DNA from: an uncultured Alphaproteobacteria bacterium
GTDB taxonomy: Bacteria > Pseudomonadota > Alphaproteobacteria > Rs-D84
Direction: 5' to 3'
DNA: 64,000 nt
NCBI GenBank assembly: GCA_946613195.1
Contig: CAMOFE010000001.1
Span: 8,151-72,150, forward strand
A program made the position numbers and the translations under genes. Numbering within the stretch: the stretch's first letter is position 1; every line of letters begins with the position of its first letter. Below the pieces are notes generated by a model. It was not told the origin of the DNA. It was given only the letters and a program-made list of their open reading frames with translations, and made no database searches. This document shows, piece by piece, positions 9,044 through 18,920 of the stretch.

Positions 9044-11152
9044 TTGCAAATCGCTATTAAATATTTTACAATGTTACATATTATGAAATTCAAGAAGTTA
9101 GGTCGTGTTTTCCTGCATATTATATTCTGGTGCGTTGTCGCCGTGGTTGCGGCTTTAGCGGGATTGGTGCTGATATATGGAAATGATTTGCCTGATTATA
9201 AAAAATTGGCAACATATGCGCCACCGGTTGCAACACGACTGTATGCATCTGATGGGTCTTTGCTGATTGAATATGCCGAAGAACGGCGTGTGGTTATTGA
9301 TTTTAACGATATGCCGCCACAATTGGTTAATGCATTTGTTGCCGCCGAAGACCAAAATTTCTGGACACACCCGGGTATTGATGTTCAGGGAATTTTGCGC
9401 GCATCCGCCAATAATTTGATGCGTGCAGTTGGTTTTAATACAAAGTTTTCTGGCGCATCAACAATTACCCAACAGGTTGCCAAGAACTTTTTCCTGTCAT
9501 CGGACAGAACACTATCGCGCAAGGTAAAAGAAGCAATTTTGGCGTTGCGCCTGGAACGCACTTTTTCTAAGCAACATATTATGACACTGTATCTGAACCA
9601 GATATTCCTGGGGGCGCGTGCATATGGCGTTGGGTCGGCGGCATTGATGTATTTTAATAAGCCGGTTAAAGAATTGTCTTTGTCAGAATGTGCATTTTTG
9701 GCGTCCTTGCCCAAGGCACCAAATGATAGGGACAGGGCAGTAGAACGGCGAAACTATGTCTTGCATCGTATGGTTGCCGAAGGATTTATCAGTCGTGCAG
9801 ACGCAGATGCCGCCGCCGCCGAAGAATTAAATATTAACAGTGGATTTACCGCGCAAATGGCAGATGATTTTCAATACTTTGCCGAAGATGTGCGGCGGCA
9901 ACTGTTGGGAAAATTGGGACGTGATACATTATATAATGACGGTTTGTATATAAAAACAACCATTGTCCCAGAATTACAACGCGCAGCGGCGGCGGCGCTG
10001 AAAAAAGAACTGGATGCATATAATAACGGACGTGGTGATAAATTACAGGGCGCAATTATCGCAATGAATCCGCATACAGGACGCGTATTGGCAATGACGG
10101 GCGGTTATTCTTTTGCAGATAGTTCTTTTAACCGCGCAACCCAGGCATATCGTCAAATTGGCAGTACGATAAAACCTTTTATTTACTTGGCGGCACTGGA
10201 ACAAGGTATGTCGCCCCAGGCGCTGTTATTAGATGCACCGATTGTTGGTTGGCGCGAAGATGATAGTCTATGGAAACCTGAAAATTATGATAAAAAATTC
10301 TTGGGTGATGTGCCAATGCGTCTGTCGCTGGAAACATCACGCAATGTGCCAACTGTCAGATTAGTTGAACAAATTGGTGTGCGTACATCTATTGACACCG
10401 CCCAGCGATTCGGTGTGTATCCAGAAAATATGCGCAATATGAATTTGTCTTTGGCGTTGGGGTCGGGTGAAACAACACTGGAAAAATTGGTGTTGGGGTA
10501 TTCTGCGTTTGTAAATGGTGGACATAAAATTCAATCCAAACTGGTTGATTACATAGAAGACAGGTATGGTCGCGTTGTTGGTTCTGCGGTTCCTGATATG
10601 ATTGAATGGAATGATGAATTGTTACCGCCAGATATTGCAGATGCAACAGAACCATTGTCGGATGCGCAAAGTTTATATCAAATTGTATCAATTTTACAAG
10701 GGGCGGTTGAACGTGGTACTGGTCGCCAGGCCCAGGTCCCCGGTCATACAATTGCCGGGAAAACAGGTACAACGAACGATGTCAAAGATGTCTGGTTTGT
10801 AGGCTTTTCTAAAAATATTATTGCTGGGGTCTATCTGGGGTATGATACGCCACGTTCGCTGGGCAAGGGCGCAGGCAGTCATATGGCCGCCCGCGTGTTC
10901 GCAGATTTTATGAATGTTGCATTGGCAAACGAAAAGAATCAGCCGTTTTCTGTGCCAGACGGAATGAGTTTTGTGCGTGTTAATCGTCGCAGTGGTGCCG
11001 CCGCATCTGCCGACCCAGATGGCACAATTATTACCGAAGCGTTTAAGCCCGGTCAATCGCCAAATCCCGCACCTGTACAGGCATATTATAATAATGGTGA
11101 TGCTGAAAATCTTGCTCCTGCAAATGCACCTGTGGTTGGTGGCGTATTTTAA
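9044..11152 (+). CDS. mrcA: Penicillin-binding protein 1A (bifunctional transglycosylase/transpeptidase)
   Basis: GT51 motifs (EDQNFWTHPGID, ITQQVAKN), TM anchor, transpeptidase SXXK (GSTIKPF) and KTG (GKTGTT). Confidence 0.9.
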   Translation: MQIAIKYFTMLHIMKFKKLGRVFLHIIFWCVVAVVAALAGLVLIYGNDLPDYKKLATYAPPVATRLYASDGSLLIEYAEERRVVIDFNDMPPQLVNAFVAAEDQNFWTHPGIDVQGILRASANNLMRAVGFNTKFSGASTITQQVAKNFFLSSDRTLSRKVKEAILALRLERTFSKQHIMTLYLNQIFLGARAYGVGSAALMYFNKPVKELSLSECAFLASLPKAPNDRDRAVERRNYVLHRMVAEGFISRADADAAAAEELNINSGFTAQMADDFQYFAEDVRRQLLGKLGRDTLYNDGLYIKTTIVPELQRAAAAALKKELDAYNNGRGDKLQGAIIAMNPHTGRVLAMTGGYSFADSSFNRATQAYRQIGSTIKPFIYLAALEQGMSPQALLLDAPIVGWREDDSLWKPENYDKKFLGDVPMRLSLETSRNVPTVRLVEQIGVRTSIDTAQRFGVYPENMRNMNLSLALGSGETTLEKLVLGYSAFVNGGHKIQSKLVDYIEDRYGRVVGSAVPDMIEWNDELLPPDIADATEPLSDAQSLYQIVSILQGAVERGTGRQAQVPGHTIAGKTGTTNDVKDVWFVGFSKNIIAGVYLGYDTPRSLGKGAGSHMAARVFADFMNVALANEKNQPFSVPDGMSFVRVNRRSGAAASADPDGTIITEAFKPGQSPNPAPVQAYYNNGDAENLAPANAPVVGGVF

Positions 11153-11213
11153 GTGTACTTTTGCATAAAATTATGATAAAATCATAATCGTTAAATAAAT
11201 TGAAGGTGGGGCA

Positions 11214-11504
11214 ATGAAAAAAATACTTTTATGCACGTTGGCAGTATTTACTTTGGTTGCGTGTGAACGCGCGCCAAAAAGTAATATTATATGCGGTGAT
11301 TATAATATTCAGATGAATTTTTCCGAAGATGGTTCAATGTTGCATGCCATTATAAACGGCGATGATTTGGATTTAACATTGGCACCGTCTGCATCGGGCG
11401 CACGTTATGTCGGTGTGCTGAACGATACAAATGTAACCCTGTGGTCCAAGGGGGATGATTGGACAATGTTCTTGAATGACGAAGACCCGATTGAATGTAA
11501 ATAA
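11214..11504 (+). CDS. MliC-like (C-type lysozyme inhibitor) lipoprotein
   Basis: Lipobox LVAC, ~96 aa, conserved SASGARY motif and paired Cys typical of the MliC family. Confidence 0.5.
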   Translation: MKKILLCTLAVFTLVACERAPKSNIICGDYNIQMNFSEDGSMLHAIINGDDLDLTLAPSASGARYVGVLNDTNVTLWSKGDDWTMFLNDEDPIECK

Positions 11505-11574
11505 TTTCTATAATAAAATTTATTTCGTCATAGTTTTGTGATAAAATAGTCAGCATAAAGAAAAGGAGTTTTTT

Positions 11575-12666
11575 ATGCTGACTAATTTTTTTCTGTCGCG
11601 TGGCGTTGGATTTTTTGCCAGTGGTTGGACACAATTCGGTGCCGCGTTTGTGGTTGCGTTTGTAATAATGCTGCTGTGTATGCCTATGTTCATCAGATTG
11701 ATGCATCGCATCCAGGGACATGGACAGCCCATCAGTGAAAATGTGCCACAATCACATCGTAAAAAGTCTGGTACGCCGACAATGGGCGGTTTAATGGTTG
11801 TCTTGGCAATATTTATAGGCAGTATTTTATTTATGCCACTGCATAACCCAACGGGTTGGATTGCGCTGGCTGCATTGTTAATGTTTGGATTTTTAGGCTT
11901 TGTTGATGATTATAAAAAAGTTACATCGCAATCGCGCAAGGCTGCAAACGGATTGTCGCCGATGTTTCGTCTGGTGGCCGAAGCATTATTTGTAATCGTT
12001 CTGGCGTTTTTAATAAATAATACAATGCCGTTGTATGTTCCAGCACTGTCATTGTCTTTACCATTTGGAATGGTTTGGTCTTTGGGAATTTTCTATTATG
12101 TGTTTGCGTACTTTGTAATTTGCGGGTCGGCAAATGCAACAAATATTACAGATGGTTTGGATGGGATGCTGGGGAAATTATATTTGCCGGTGATGGTTGT
12201 GTTAATTGTTGCATTGTATGGTGCAACACGAATCGGTTTTATGGATACGGTATTGTTTTTACCCACAGCCAGCGGTCTGTACGCAGTACTGGGGGCAGTC
12301 GTTGGCGCAGTGTTGGGATTTATGTGGTATAATGTAAAGCCAGCTGCAATATTCATGGGGGACACCGGTTCGTTGGCATTGGGTGGACTGATGGGTACGG
12401 TTGCGATGCTGTTAAAATCAGAAATTGTGATGGCGGTTGCAGCGGGGATGATGGTTTTGATATTACTGTCTTCATTTATACAAACAACAGTTTTCAAGAT
12501 TACACGCAAAATAACAGGTACAGGTCGACGTGTGTTCTTGCGTGCACCACTGCATCATCATTTTGAGGAAAAAGGTTGGGATGAAACCAAGATTGTGGAC
12601 AGATTCTTTATAATCGGAATTTTGTTTGCGACATTGGCAATCGCATTGTTGAAATTCGCAGGATAA
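11575..12666 (+). CDS. mraY: Phospho-N-acetylmuramoyl-pentapeptide transferase MraY
   Basis: Polytopic membrane protein with NATNITDGLDGM and HHHFE motifs. 363 aa. Confidence 0.9.
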   Translation: MLTNFFLSRGVGFFASGWTQFGAAFVVAFVIMLLCMPMFIRLMHRIQGHGQPISENVPQSHRKKSGTPTMGGLMVVLAIFIGSILFMPLHNPTGWIALAALLMFGFLGFVDDYKKVTSQSRKAANGLSPMFRLVAEALFVIVLAFLINNTMPLYVPALSLSLPFGMVWSLGIFYYVFAYFVICGSANATNITDGLDGMLGKLYLPVMVVLIVALYGATRIGFMDTVLFLPTASGLYAVLGAVVGAVLGFMWYNVKPAAIFMGDTGSLALGGLMGTVAMLLKSEIVMAVAAGMMVLILLSSFIQTTVFKITRKITGTGRRVFLRAPLHHHFEEKGWDETKIVDRFFIIGILFATLAIALLKFAG

Positions 12667-12682
12667 ATAGGAAAATAAACCT

Positions 12683-13822
12683 ATGCTGAAACGCACCGAA
12701 GAAAGCAAATTAACCAGTTGGTATTTTGAGGTTGACCGGCGTCTGCTGGGGGCGATGATTGTCCTGATATTCGTGGGTATGCTGTTTATGATATCGGCGG
12801 GTTCGGTCGCTGCGGAACGTATTGGTCAACCATGGCATTTCTTTATTATCAAGGCATTACCGTTTTACTTTATCGGACTTGTTACATTGTTTGTTGCCAG
12901 TATGCTGAATAAAAAGTGGATGTTGCGTATATCGTGGCTGAATGTGGCGATTGGCTTGATGTTGTTGATGGTAACATTGGTGGCACCCCATGTGATAAAG
13001 GGTTCTGCGCGATTCGTGGCGTTGGGGCCGTTTAATGTTATGCCGTCTGATATTATGAAACCGGGCTTTGTTATATTGACCGCGTGGTTTTTGGCGCGGA
13101 TGCATGAAAAGTATGGCGCAGATATATTCAAGATTCGTGATGTATGGCGTATTCGTAATTTCGGTTGGTGGTGGTATTTGGCGGTGTTTATACCGACTGT
13201 TTGTATAATATTAAAGCACCCAGACTTTGGAACATTTATTTTGTATTTTTCTGTGTTTTCGGCGATGCTGTTTATGGCAGGATTGCCATTGATGGTGATA
13301 CCAGCACTGATTGGTACATTGGGGTTGGTTTTTGTGTTTGCGTTTTTCACAATGTCGCATGTTCACAATCGTGTTATATCGTGGGCAACAGGCATGGGTG
13401 ATACATACCAGGTTCAACAATCAATTGATTCTATTCGGCATGGGGGATTACTGGGCAGTGGGGATGATGCATTTATAAAGCAATCATTGCCTGATGCGCA
13501 TACAGACTTTATCTTTGCTGCCATTGTAGAAGACCTGGGCGCAATTTTGGGATGTGCGTTATTGTGTTTATTACTGTATGTATTAAAGCGATTAACAACT
13601 GATGCATTGGCGGCGCGTGATCCGTTTGTGTTCTATGCGACTGGTGGCGCGGCGGCGTTGTTCGGAACCCAGGTGTGTATTAATATGATGTCAACATTGC
13701 ATATCTTTGCGCCAAAAGGGATGACATTACCATTTATATCGTATGGCGGTTCATCGTTTGTCGCATTTTGTTTGTTATTCGGTATGGTAATTGCCGCAGT
13801 GCGCGAAGATAAATGGAAATAA
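12683..13822 (+). CDS. ftsW: Lipid II flippase / peptidoglycan polymerase FtsW (SEDS family)
   Basis: Ten TM helices, SEDS-family conserved C-terminal region (..DFIFAAIVEDLG..), and position between mraY and murG. Confidence 0.85.
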   Translation: MLKRTEESKLTSWYFEVDRRLLGAMIVLIFVGMLFMISAGSVAAERIGQPWHFFIIKALPFYFIGLVTLFVASMLNKKWMLRISWLNVAIGLMLLMVTLVAPHVIKGSARFVALGPFNVMPSDIMKPGFVILTAWFLARMHEKYGADIFKIRDVWRIRNFGWWWYLAVFIPTVCIILKHPDFGTFILYFSVFSAMLFMAGLPLMVIPALIGTLGLVFVFAFFTMSHVHNRVISWATGMGDTYQVQQSIDSIRHGGLLGSGDDAFIKQSLPDAHTDFIFAAIVEDLGAILGCALLCLLLYVLKRLTTDALAARDPFVFYATGGAAALFGTQVCINMMSTLHIFAPKGMTLPFISYGGSSFVAFCLLFGMVIAAVREDKWK

Positions 13823-13828
13823 TAAAAG

Positions 13829-14884
13829 GTGGAACGGATGAAAATATGGATTGCAACAGGTGGAACGGGTGGACATGTTTTTCCAGCCATGGCGGTGGCA
13901 AATGCGTTATCTGCGTGTGGTCATAAAATTACAATTTCGTGTGATGGACGTGTGCGCGATATGGTTAAAAAATCAAAACCAAAATCTGCGCGTATGGTGC
14001 ATATATGGGCATCGGGCGTTGGCGCAAAAAGCCGTATAAAACAAATATATGCTTTGTTCAAGATTGGGGTGTCCGCGATTGCATTAGTGGTGCGTTTTTT
14101 GTTTTCGCGCCCAACGCGCGTGGTGGCATTTGGTGGTTATGCATCTGTGCCAGCGGTTTTTGCGGCGCATCTGTGGCGAATTCCGACATTTTTGCATGAA
14201 CAGAATGCGGCAATCGGACGTGCGAATCGTTTTGCGATGCGCTGGGTTAAAACACTGATGACCAGTTTCCCATCTGTATCTGGAATCCCTGAAAAATCAA
14301 ATGCAAATGTTGTTTATACCGGATTGCCGGTGCGGGATGATTTCTTGCGTTTGGCGGGTGCAGCGGTTGCGGGTAAAAACAAATTGTTTATAACAGGTGG
14401 TTCATTGGGTGCACAGATTTTAGATGATGTTGTGCCGATTGCAGTTGCACAGATGAAGAACAAAAAGATTTTTGTAACGCATCAAACGCGACCAGAAAAT
14501 GTTGCGCGATTGCAACAATTTTATGCAGAAAATAAAATTCGTGCCAATGTTTTATCGTTTGTGCATGATATGGCAGGTACAATCGCAGATGCAGACTTGG
14601 TTATTTCACGTGGTGGTGCCAGCACAGTTATTGAACTGGAAACAATTGGACGTGCAGCGATAATTGTGCCATTGGGAATAAATCCAGACCAGGTTGCAAA
14701 CGCCGCCAGTTTTGCAAAGCGCGGTGGTGGCGTTGCAATAGAGCAGGCAAAATTTACCCCAAAATGGTTATCTGCACAATTAACAGATTTGTTTGATAAT
14801 CCGGCGCGACTGACCAAAATGGCAGAAAAAAGCAGGGTTGAAAATAGGGCTGTTGAATTAATTATAGACACTGTTACGAAATAA
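13829..14884 (+). CDS. murG: UDP-GlcNAc:MurNAc-pentapeptide-lipid GlcNAc transferase MurG
   Basis: G-loop GGTGGHVFPAMAVA, GT28 fold, 351 aa. Confidence 0.9.
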   Translation: MERMKIWIATGGTGGHVFPAMAVANALSACGHKITISCDGRVRDMVKKSKPKSARMVHIWASGVGAKSRIKQIYALFKIGVSAIALVVRFLFSRPTRVVAFGGYASVPAVFAAHLWRIPTFLHEQNAAIGRANRFAMRWVKTLMTSFPSVSGIPEKSNANVVYTGLPVRDDFLRLAGAAVAGKNKLFITGGSLGAQILDDVVPIAVAQMKNKKIFVTHQTRPENVARLQQFYAENKIRANVLSFVHDMAGTIADADLVISRGGASTVIELETIGRAAIIVPLGINPDQVANAASFAKRGGGVAIEQAKFTPKWLSAQLTDLFDNPARLTKMAEKSRVENRAVELIIDTVTK

Positions 14885-14912
14885 AAAAATCCCGCTGTGG
14901 CGGGATTTTTTG
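14885..14912 (+). terminator. Rho-independent terminator
   Basis: AAAAAAATCCCGCTGTGGCGGGATTTTTT directly after murG. Confidence 0.65.
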
Positions 14913-14991
14913 GGAAATCAAACCTGACGATATTTATAAATTTATGCGATAAAATGTTTTTCGTAACCATTAAACCAAAGGAAGGTAAAAA

Positions 14992-15510
14992 ATGAAAAAC
15001 TTTATTCGTGAAACATTTCTGTTTGCATCAATTATGGCTGTTGTCGCTATGTTGTCGGGTTGTATGATGTGTCCCGCCAAGAATCATCATGGTAAGCATC
15101 AGCCAAAACCAGATATGATATCATATCAATATAACCGCGCAGAAAATGATGACAATATGGTCAAGGCAACCATATACACCCGCAGTCGTCATGGTGGTGA
15201 TTGTGATATGGGATATATTAAGTTCAAGAATACTGATAATGGCATGAAAATGTACGCAAATCTGACAGATATGCGTCCGGGCGTTGATTATACAGTGCGT
15301 GTCCATATGTGCAGTCCATGTGGCGATGGTAATATGTGCTGTGATAAAACAGGTACAACAATGAATCTGCCAATGTTGCGTGCCGGCGACAGCAGAAAAC
15401 TGGAAACATCGCAAATGGTTCCAAATATGCGTGCAGAACAGTTGAAAAATGCCCAAATTTATCTGCAACGCGATGGTGGATATAATGCCGCGTGGGGCAC
15501 ATTAAAATAA
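14992..15510 (+). CDS. Cys/Met-rich putative lipoprotein, unknown function
   Basis: Lipobox (MLSGC), 172 aa, multiple CxxC/CC motifs (MCSPCGDGNMCCDKTG). Own terminator at 15531-15568. Confidence 0.5.
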   Translation: MKNFIRETFLFASIMAVVAMLSGCMMCPAKNHHGKHQPKPDMISYQYNRAENDDNMVKATIYTRSRHGGDCDMGYIKFKNTDNGMKMYANLTDMRPGVDYTVRVHMCSPCGDGNMCCDKTGTTMNLPMLRAGDSRKLETSQMVPNMRAEQLKNAQIYLQRDGGYNAAWGTLK

Positions 15511-15614
15511 TGTAAAACAGCATTTGTTAAAAATCCCAAGGTGTGTACTTGGGATTTTTTTGTTTTTTTATTTGTGAAATATTTCCTGGGGTGTTAACCT
15601 GACTTTCGTCAGGT

Positions 15615-17162
15615 ATGAAGTTTTTGCGTTTGTTTTCTTTTGGTTTGTGTCTGGTTGCGAATAGTACTCTCGCATCTGATTTTGTACATATATCATCTGA
15701 TATTTCAGATAGTAATTATAATATGTCGGAATATACTATTATTGATACAGGTGTAAATATAAACAACGTGCATATAACACAATCGTTATATTTACAAAAC
15801 TATGGAAATATAAATGGCAACATTAATGTCAATAATCCATTGCGTTTGTATATGTATAATTCCGGAACGATATCAGGACAAATAATATTAAATGGTAATG
15901 CCCAGTTTTTCCAAATGATAACAAACCCAAGTGATATAACACAATTATCGGTATCTGGGGCGCATACAATAAATGTTATAGATGCAAATATGTTGTCTTT
16001 ATCTGCAATTGCCAGTATCAAGGGTGAAACAGACACAATCATACTGGAAAATTCAACATTGATGTTGGATTGTGATTTTGCGGATTTAGGCACAGTCAGG
16101 TTGGTTGGAAATGTGTTTCTGTATGCGCCAGATGAAAACGGGATTTATAATCAAAGTGTGCCGTTGTCTGTATCGGGCGATGGGCGTGCGTATGTTTATT
16201 CTGGAACCTCAAATCCATTAATGACGTATCAAACAAGCGTGAATGATGGTCAATTATATGTGCGTGCGTTGCGCGAAACAGATTATGTTAAAATCTTGCA
16301 TAATAAAACAGGCGAATTCTTGAACAGGGTGCGCGAATCAAACCCAGATGATAAATTGTTGCGTGCACTTGATTCTGCGACCAGTATGGCAGAACTAAAC
16401 GATATAATGTCGCGCAGTGTTCGTATAAATCCGAAATTGATGATGCGGCCCATTCGCACATTTGATGATATGCTGGTGAATGAATTTGCTGCGCGTTCCG
16501 ATATGCCTGATGGGGCGGTGCGCGCAATGTATGTTATATCAGATGATTTCAGTATTTATTCTGGAAATTTCAATATAGGATTGCACACATCCCCAAATTT
16601 TTATGTTTCTGCATACGGCGCGCTTGGTGTGCTGGATTGGTCTGATGATATAAATGATTTTGGTGCAGTTATGTATGGTGGTGGTATTCGTGCAAATTAT
16701 AATATCAGTTATACAGATATTGTTCGCGCAACATTTGGTGCAACATATGCAGATTTTGATTCAGATTTTGTGTTTGATGGCGAATCGGCAAAATCAGCAA
16801 AATCTGGTACAGATATTTATGGTGCGATGGATTTTGAGCATCGTTTTTATTTTCAGAATAAATTCTTTGTTGCACCAATTATTGGTGTGGCATCACATCG
16901 CAGTGAAATTATCGGAATGTCAGAAACAGATTCCATATTGCGTGGTGGAATAAATGCAGGCTATGGATTTTTGACATATGGTTTGGGATACGGATATGGA
17001 TTTCGTGCGTATATGGACAGCAATCGCACATTAAATGCAGAAGCAAAGATGTCTATTTGGTCTGCCATGGATGCCGCGGGTGGCGATTTAACAATTGGCG
17101 TTGTGCGTGCAGATGATTATACGGCATATAAATTATCAGTTGGCGCGCATTTTATGTTCTAG
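15615..17162 (+). CDS. Autotransporter-like outer-membrane protein (Asn-rich passenger + C-terminal beta-barrel)
   Basis: Signal peptide; Asn/Ile-rich N-terminal half with a beta-helix-like periodicity; C-terminal ~250 aa of alternating aromatic strands ending ..HFMF. Confidence 0.5.
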   Translation: MKFLRLFSFGLCLVANSTLASDFVHISSDISDSNYNMSEYTIIDTGVNINNVHITQSLYLQNYGNINGNINVNNPLRLYMYNSGTISGQIILNGNAQFFQMITNPSDITQLSVSGAHTINVIDANMLSLSAIASIKGETDTIILENSTLMLDCDFADLGTVRLVGNVFLYAPDENGIYNQSVPLSVSGDGRAYVYSGTSNPLMTYQTSVNDGQLYVRALRETDYVKILHNKTGEFLNRVRESNPDDKLLRALDSATSMAELNDIMSRSVRINPKLMMRPIRTFDDMLVNEFAARSDMPDGAVRAMYVISDDFSIYSGNFNIGLHTSPNFYVSAYGALGVLDWSDDINDFGAVMYGGGIRANYNISYTDIVRATFGATYADFDSDFVFDGESAKSAKSGTDIYGAMDFEHRFYFQNKFFVAPIIGVASHRSEIIGMSETDSILRGGINAGYGFLTYGLGYGYGFRAYMDSNRTLNAEAKMSIWSAMDAAGGDLTIGVVRADDYTAYKLSVGAHFMF

Positions 17163-18451
17163 GCAAATTCCCCGCGCAGGGATGCTTTATTTGCATTGGT
17201 AATTTTTATTTTTGCCATTTGCGGTGCGGTATTTGGGTCAATGTTTACAATACATTGTTGCATATATGGCGTGCGGTATATGGTGTGTTTGCCGGTTTTA
17301 TCTGCGCCTTCGCATAAGCATTCCAGTGTTTTACCAACACACGATACATTAAATTCGCGTTGAATTTCAGACAGCATCGCATCCAATTTATACAGACGTT
17401 CCTTTTTTATGTTTTCAGGCACCTGGTCTGGCATAATTGCAGCGGCGGTGTGTGGACGTGGTGAATACTTGAATGTAAAAGAATTGATATATTTAATTCG
17501 TTGTGCGATATCCATTGTTTGCTGAAAATCATCATCCGATTCGCCTGGGAACCCAACAATAAAGTCAGATGATATTTGTATGTCTGGTCGCGCCACGCGC
17601 AGTTTGTTCACAATATCAATATATGAATCCAGTGAATATGGACGATTCATACGTTTCAGAACATCTGGCGAACCACTTTGTATCGGCATATTCAAGAACG
17701 GTAATAATTTTGGTTCAATGGCAAACATTTCAATTAAATCATCGGTCATCTCGGTTGGATAACTGGATGTGAAACGAATGCGTTTTATTTTGGGCAGGGT
17801 GGCGGCTGCACGAATTAAATCCGACAGCCGATAATTTTCATATTTATATCCATTTACATTTTGCCCCAGAAAACAAATTTCTATCGCGCCAGTTTGGGCG
17901 GCATGTTTTGTGTCGCGTACAACATCCGCATATGGACGCGATATTTCACGACCACGCGTAAATGGGACAATACAATATGTACAGACGTGATTACAACCTT
18001 CTTGGATTGGAATATATGCAACCGCCGGCGAAGAATCCATTTGTGGCATTTCGTCAAATTTTTCCAGGCCACCTAGGTCAATGTTTAATAATGGCGAATC
18101 GGGATTATCTAAAATTTGTGGTAATTTATGATAACTTTGCGGCCCCAACACAAAGTTTAATTCAGGTACACGCCGAAATGCGCCAGACCCAACTTCACGT
18201 GCAACGCAACCAACAATTCCCAACAATGCAGATGGTTTTTTGGCAAGTCTGATGCGCCCCAGTGCAGAAAAAACTTTATCCGTCGCCTTTTCGCGTACAG
18301 AACAAGTGTTTAATATGATTATGTCCGCATCACTCAGTTCAGATGTTTCAGTCATCCCGCGTGCGCGCAACATGGCAGCAATACGCATGCCATCATATAC
18401 ATTCATCTGGCAACCAAAAGTGTGAATAAAGAATTTCTGCATATGGTGCAA
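17159..18451 (-). CDS. miaB: tRNA-2-methylthio-N6-dimethylallyladenosine synthase MiaB
   Basis: UPF0004 N-terminal domain (FIHTFGCQMNVYD), radical-SAM CxxxCxxC (CNHVCTYC), TRAM C-terminus. 430 aa. Confidence 0.9.
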   Translation of the reverse strand: MHHMQKFFIHTFGCQMNVYDGMRIAAMLRARGMTETSELSDADIIILNTCSVREKATDKVFSALGRIRLAKKPSALLGIVGCVAREVGSGAFRRVPELNFVLGPQSYHKLPQILDNPDSPLLNIDLGGLEKFDEMPQMDSSPAVAYIPIQEGCNHVCTYCIVPFTRGREISRPYADVVRDTKHAAQTGAIEICFLGQNVNGYKYENYRLSDLIRAAATLPKIKRIRFTSSYPTEMTDDLIEMFAIEPKLLPFLNMPIQSGSPDVLKRMNRPYSLDSYIDIVNKLRVARPDIQISSDFIVGFPGESDDDFQQTMDIAQRIKYINSFTFKYSPRPHTAAAIMPDQVPENIKKERLYKLDAMLSEIQREFNVSCVGKTLECLCEGADKTGKHTIYRTPYMQQCIVNIDPNTAPQMAKIKITNANKASLRGEFA

Positions 18452-18452
18452 T

Positions 18453-18689
18453 TTATTTCTGTTTTGCCGACATCAATAATGCCGCGGTTGCTGCGCGTTC
18501 ACGATTTTTTGCACGATCTGATACGTACACTGTGCGTGTATGCTTTACATTTTTGCCATGCACATTTGATGTGTATTTTAATTTTTGTGTTGATATTTTA
18601 TGTGGCGCATCAAAAGACAATAATTGTACATTTTTCAATGAATATTTGCTGCCTGTGATAATATCATAATCTAATTGTATTATTTGCAT
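18453..18689 (-). CDS. Small basic protein, unknown function (translationally coupled to miaB)
   Basis: 78 aa, pI very basic, 1-nt gap to the miaB start, in-operon position between gatB and miaB. Confidence 0.35.
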   Translation of the reverse strand: MQIIQLDYDIITGSKYSLKNVQLLSFDAPHKISTQKLKYTSNVHGKNVKHTRTVYVSDRAKNRERAATAALLMSAKQK

Positions 18690-18701
18690 ATCTTTATCCT
18701 T

Positions 18702-18920
18702 TTATTTATGCATTGTTCTGTTAAATGATTTTTGTTTATTCTGAATAACTGTGCGTTTGGCATTATATGCATCACGGTATTTTTCATGTGTCGCATCTGG
18801 TTTAATATCTGTACGCAACGCAGATTTATAACCCATTTCCATACGCATTTTTTGTATTTTTTTAATTTGTTGATTTATAAATTTTTCTATAAATTTTGCA
18901 ATTGTTAACATTTTTTTCAT
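18702..18920 (-). CDS. Small Lys-rich protein, unknown function
   Basis: 72 aa. Its start overlaps the gatB stop (ATGA-type coupling). Lys-rich. Confidence 0.35.
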   Translation of the reverse strand: MKKMLTIAKFIEKFINQQIKKIQKMRMEMGYKSALRTDIKPDATHEKYRDAYNAKRTVIQNKQKSFNRTMHK

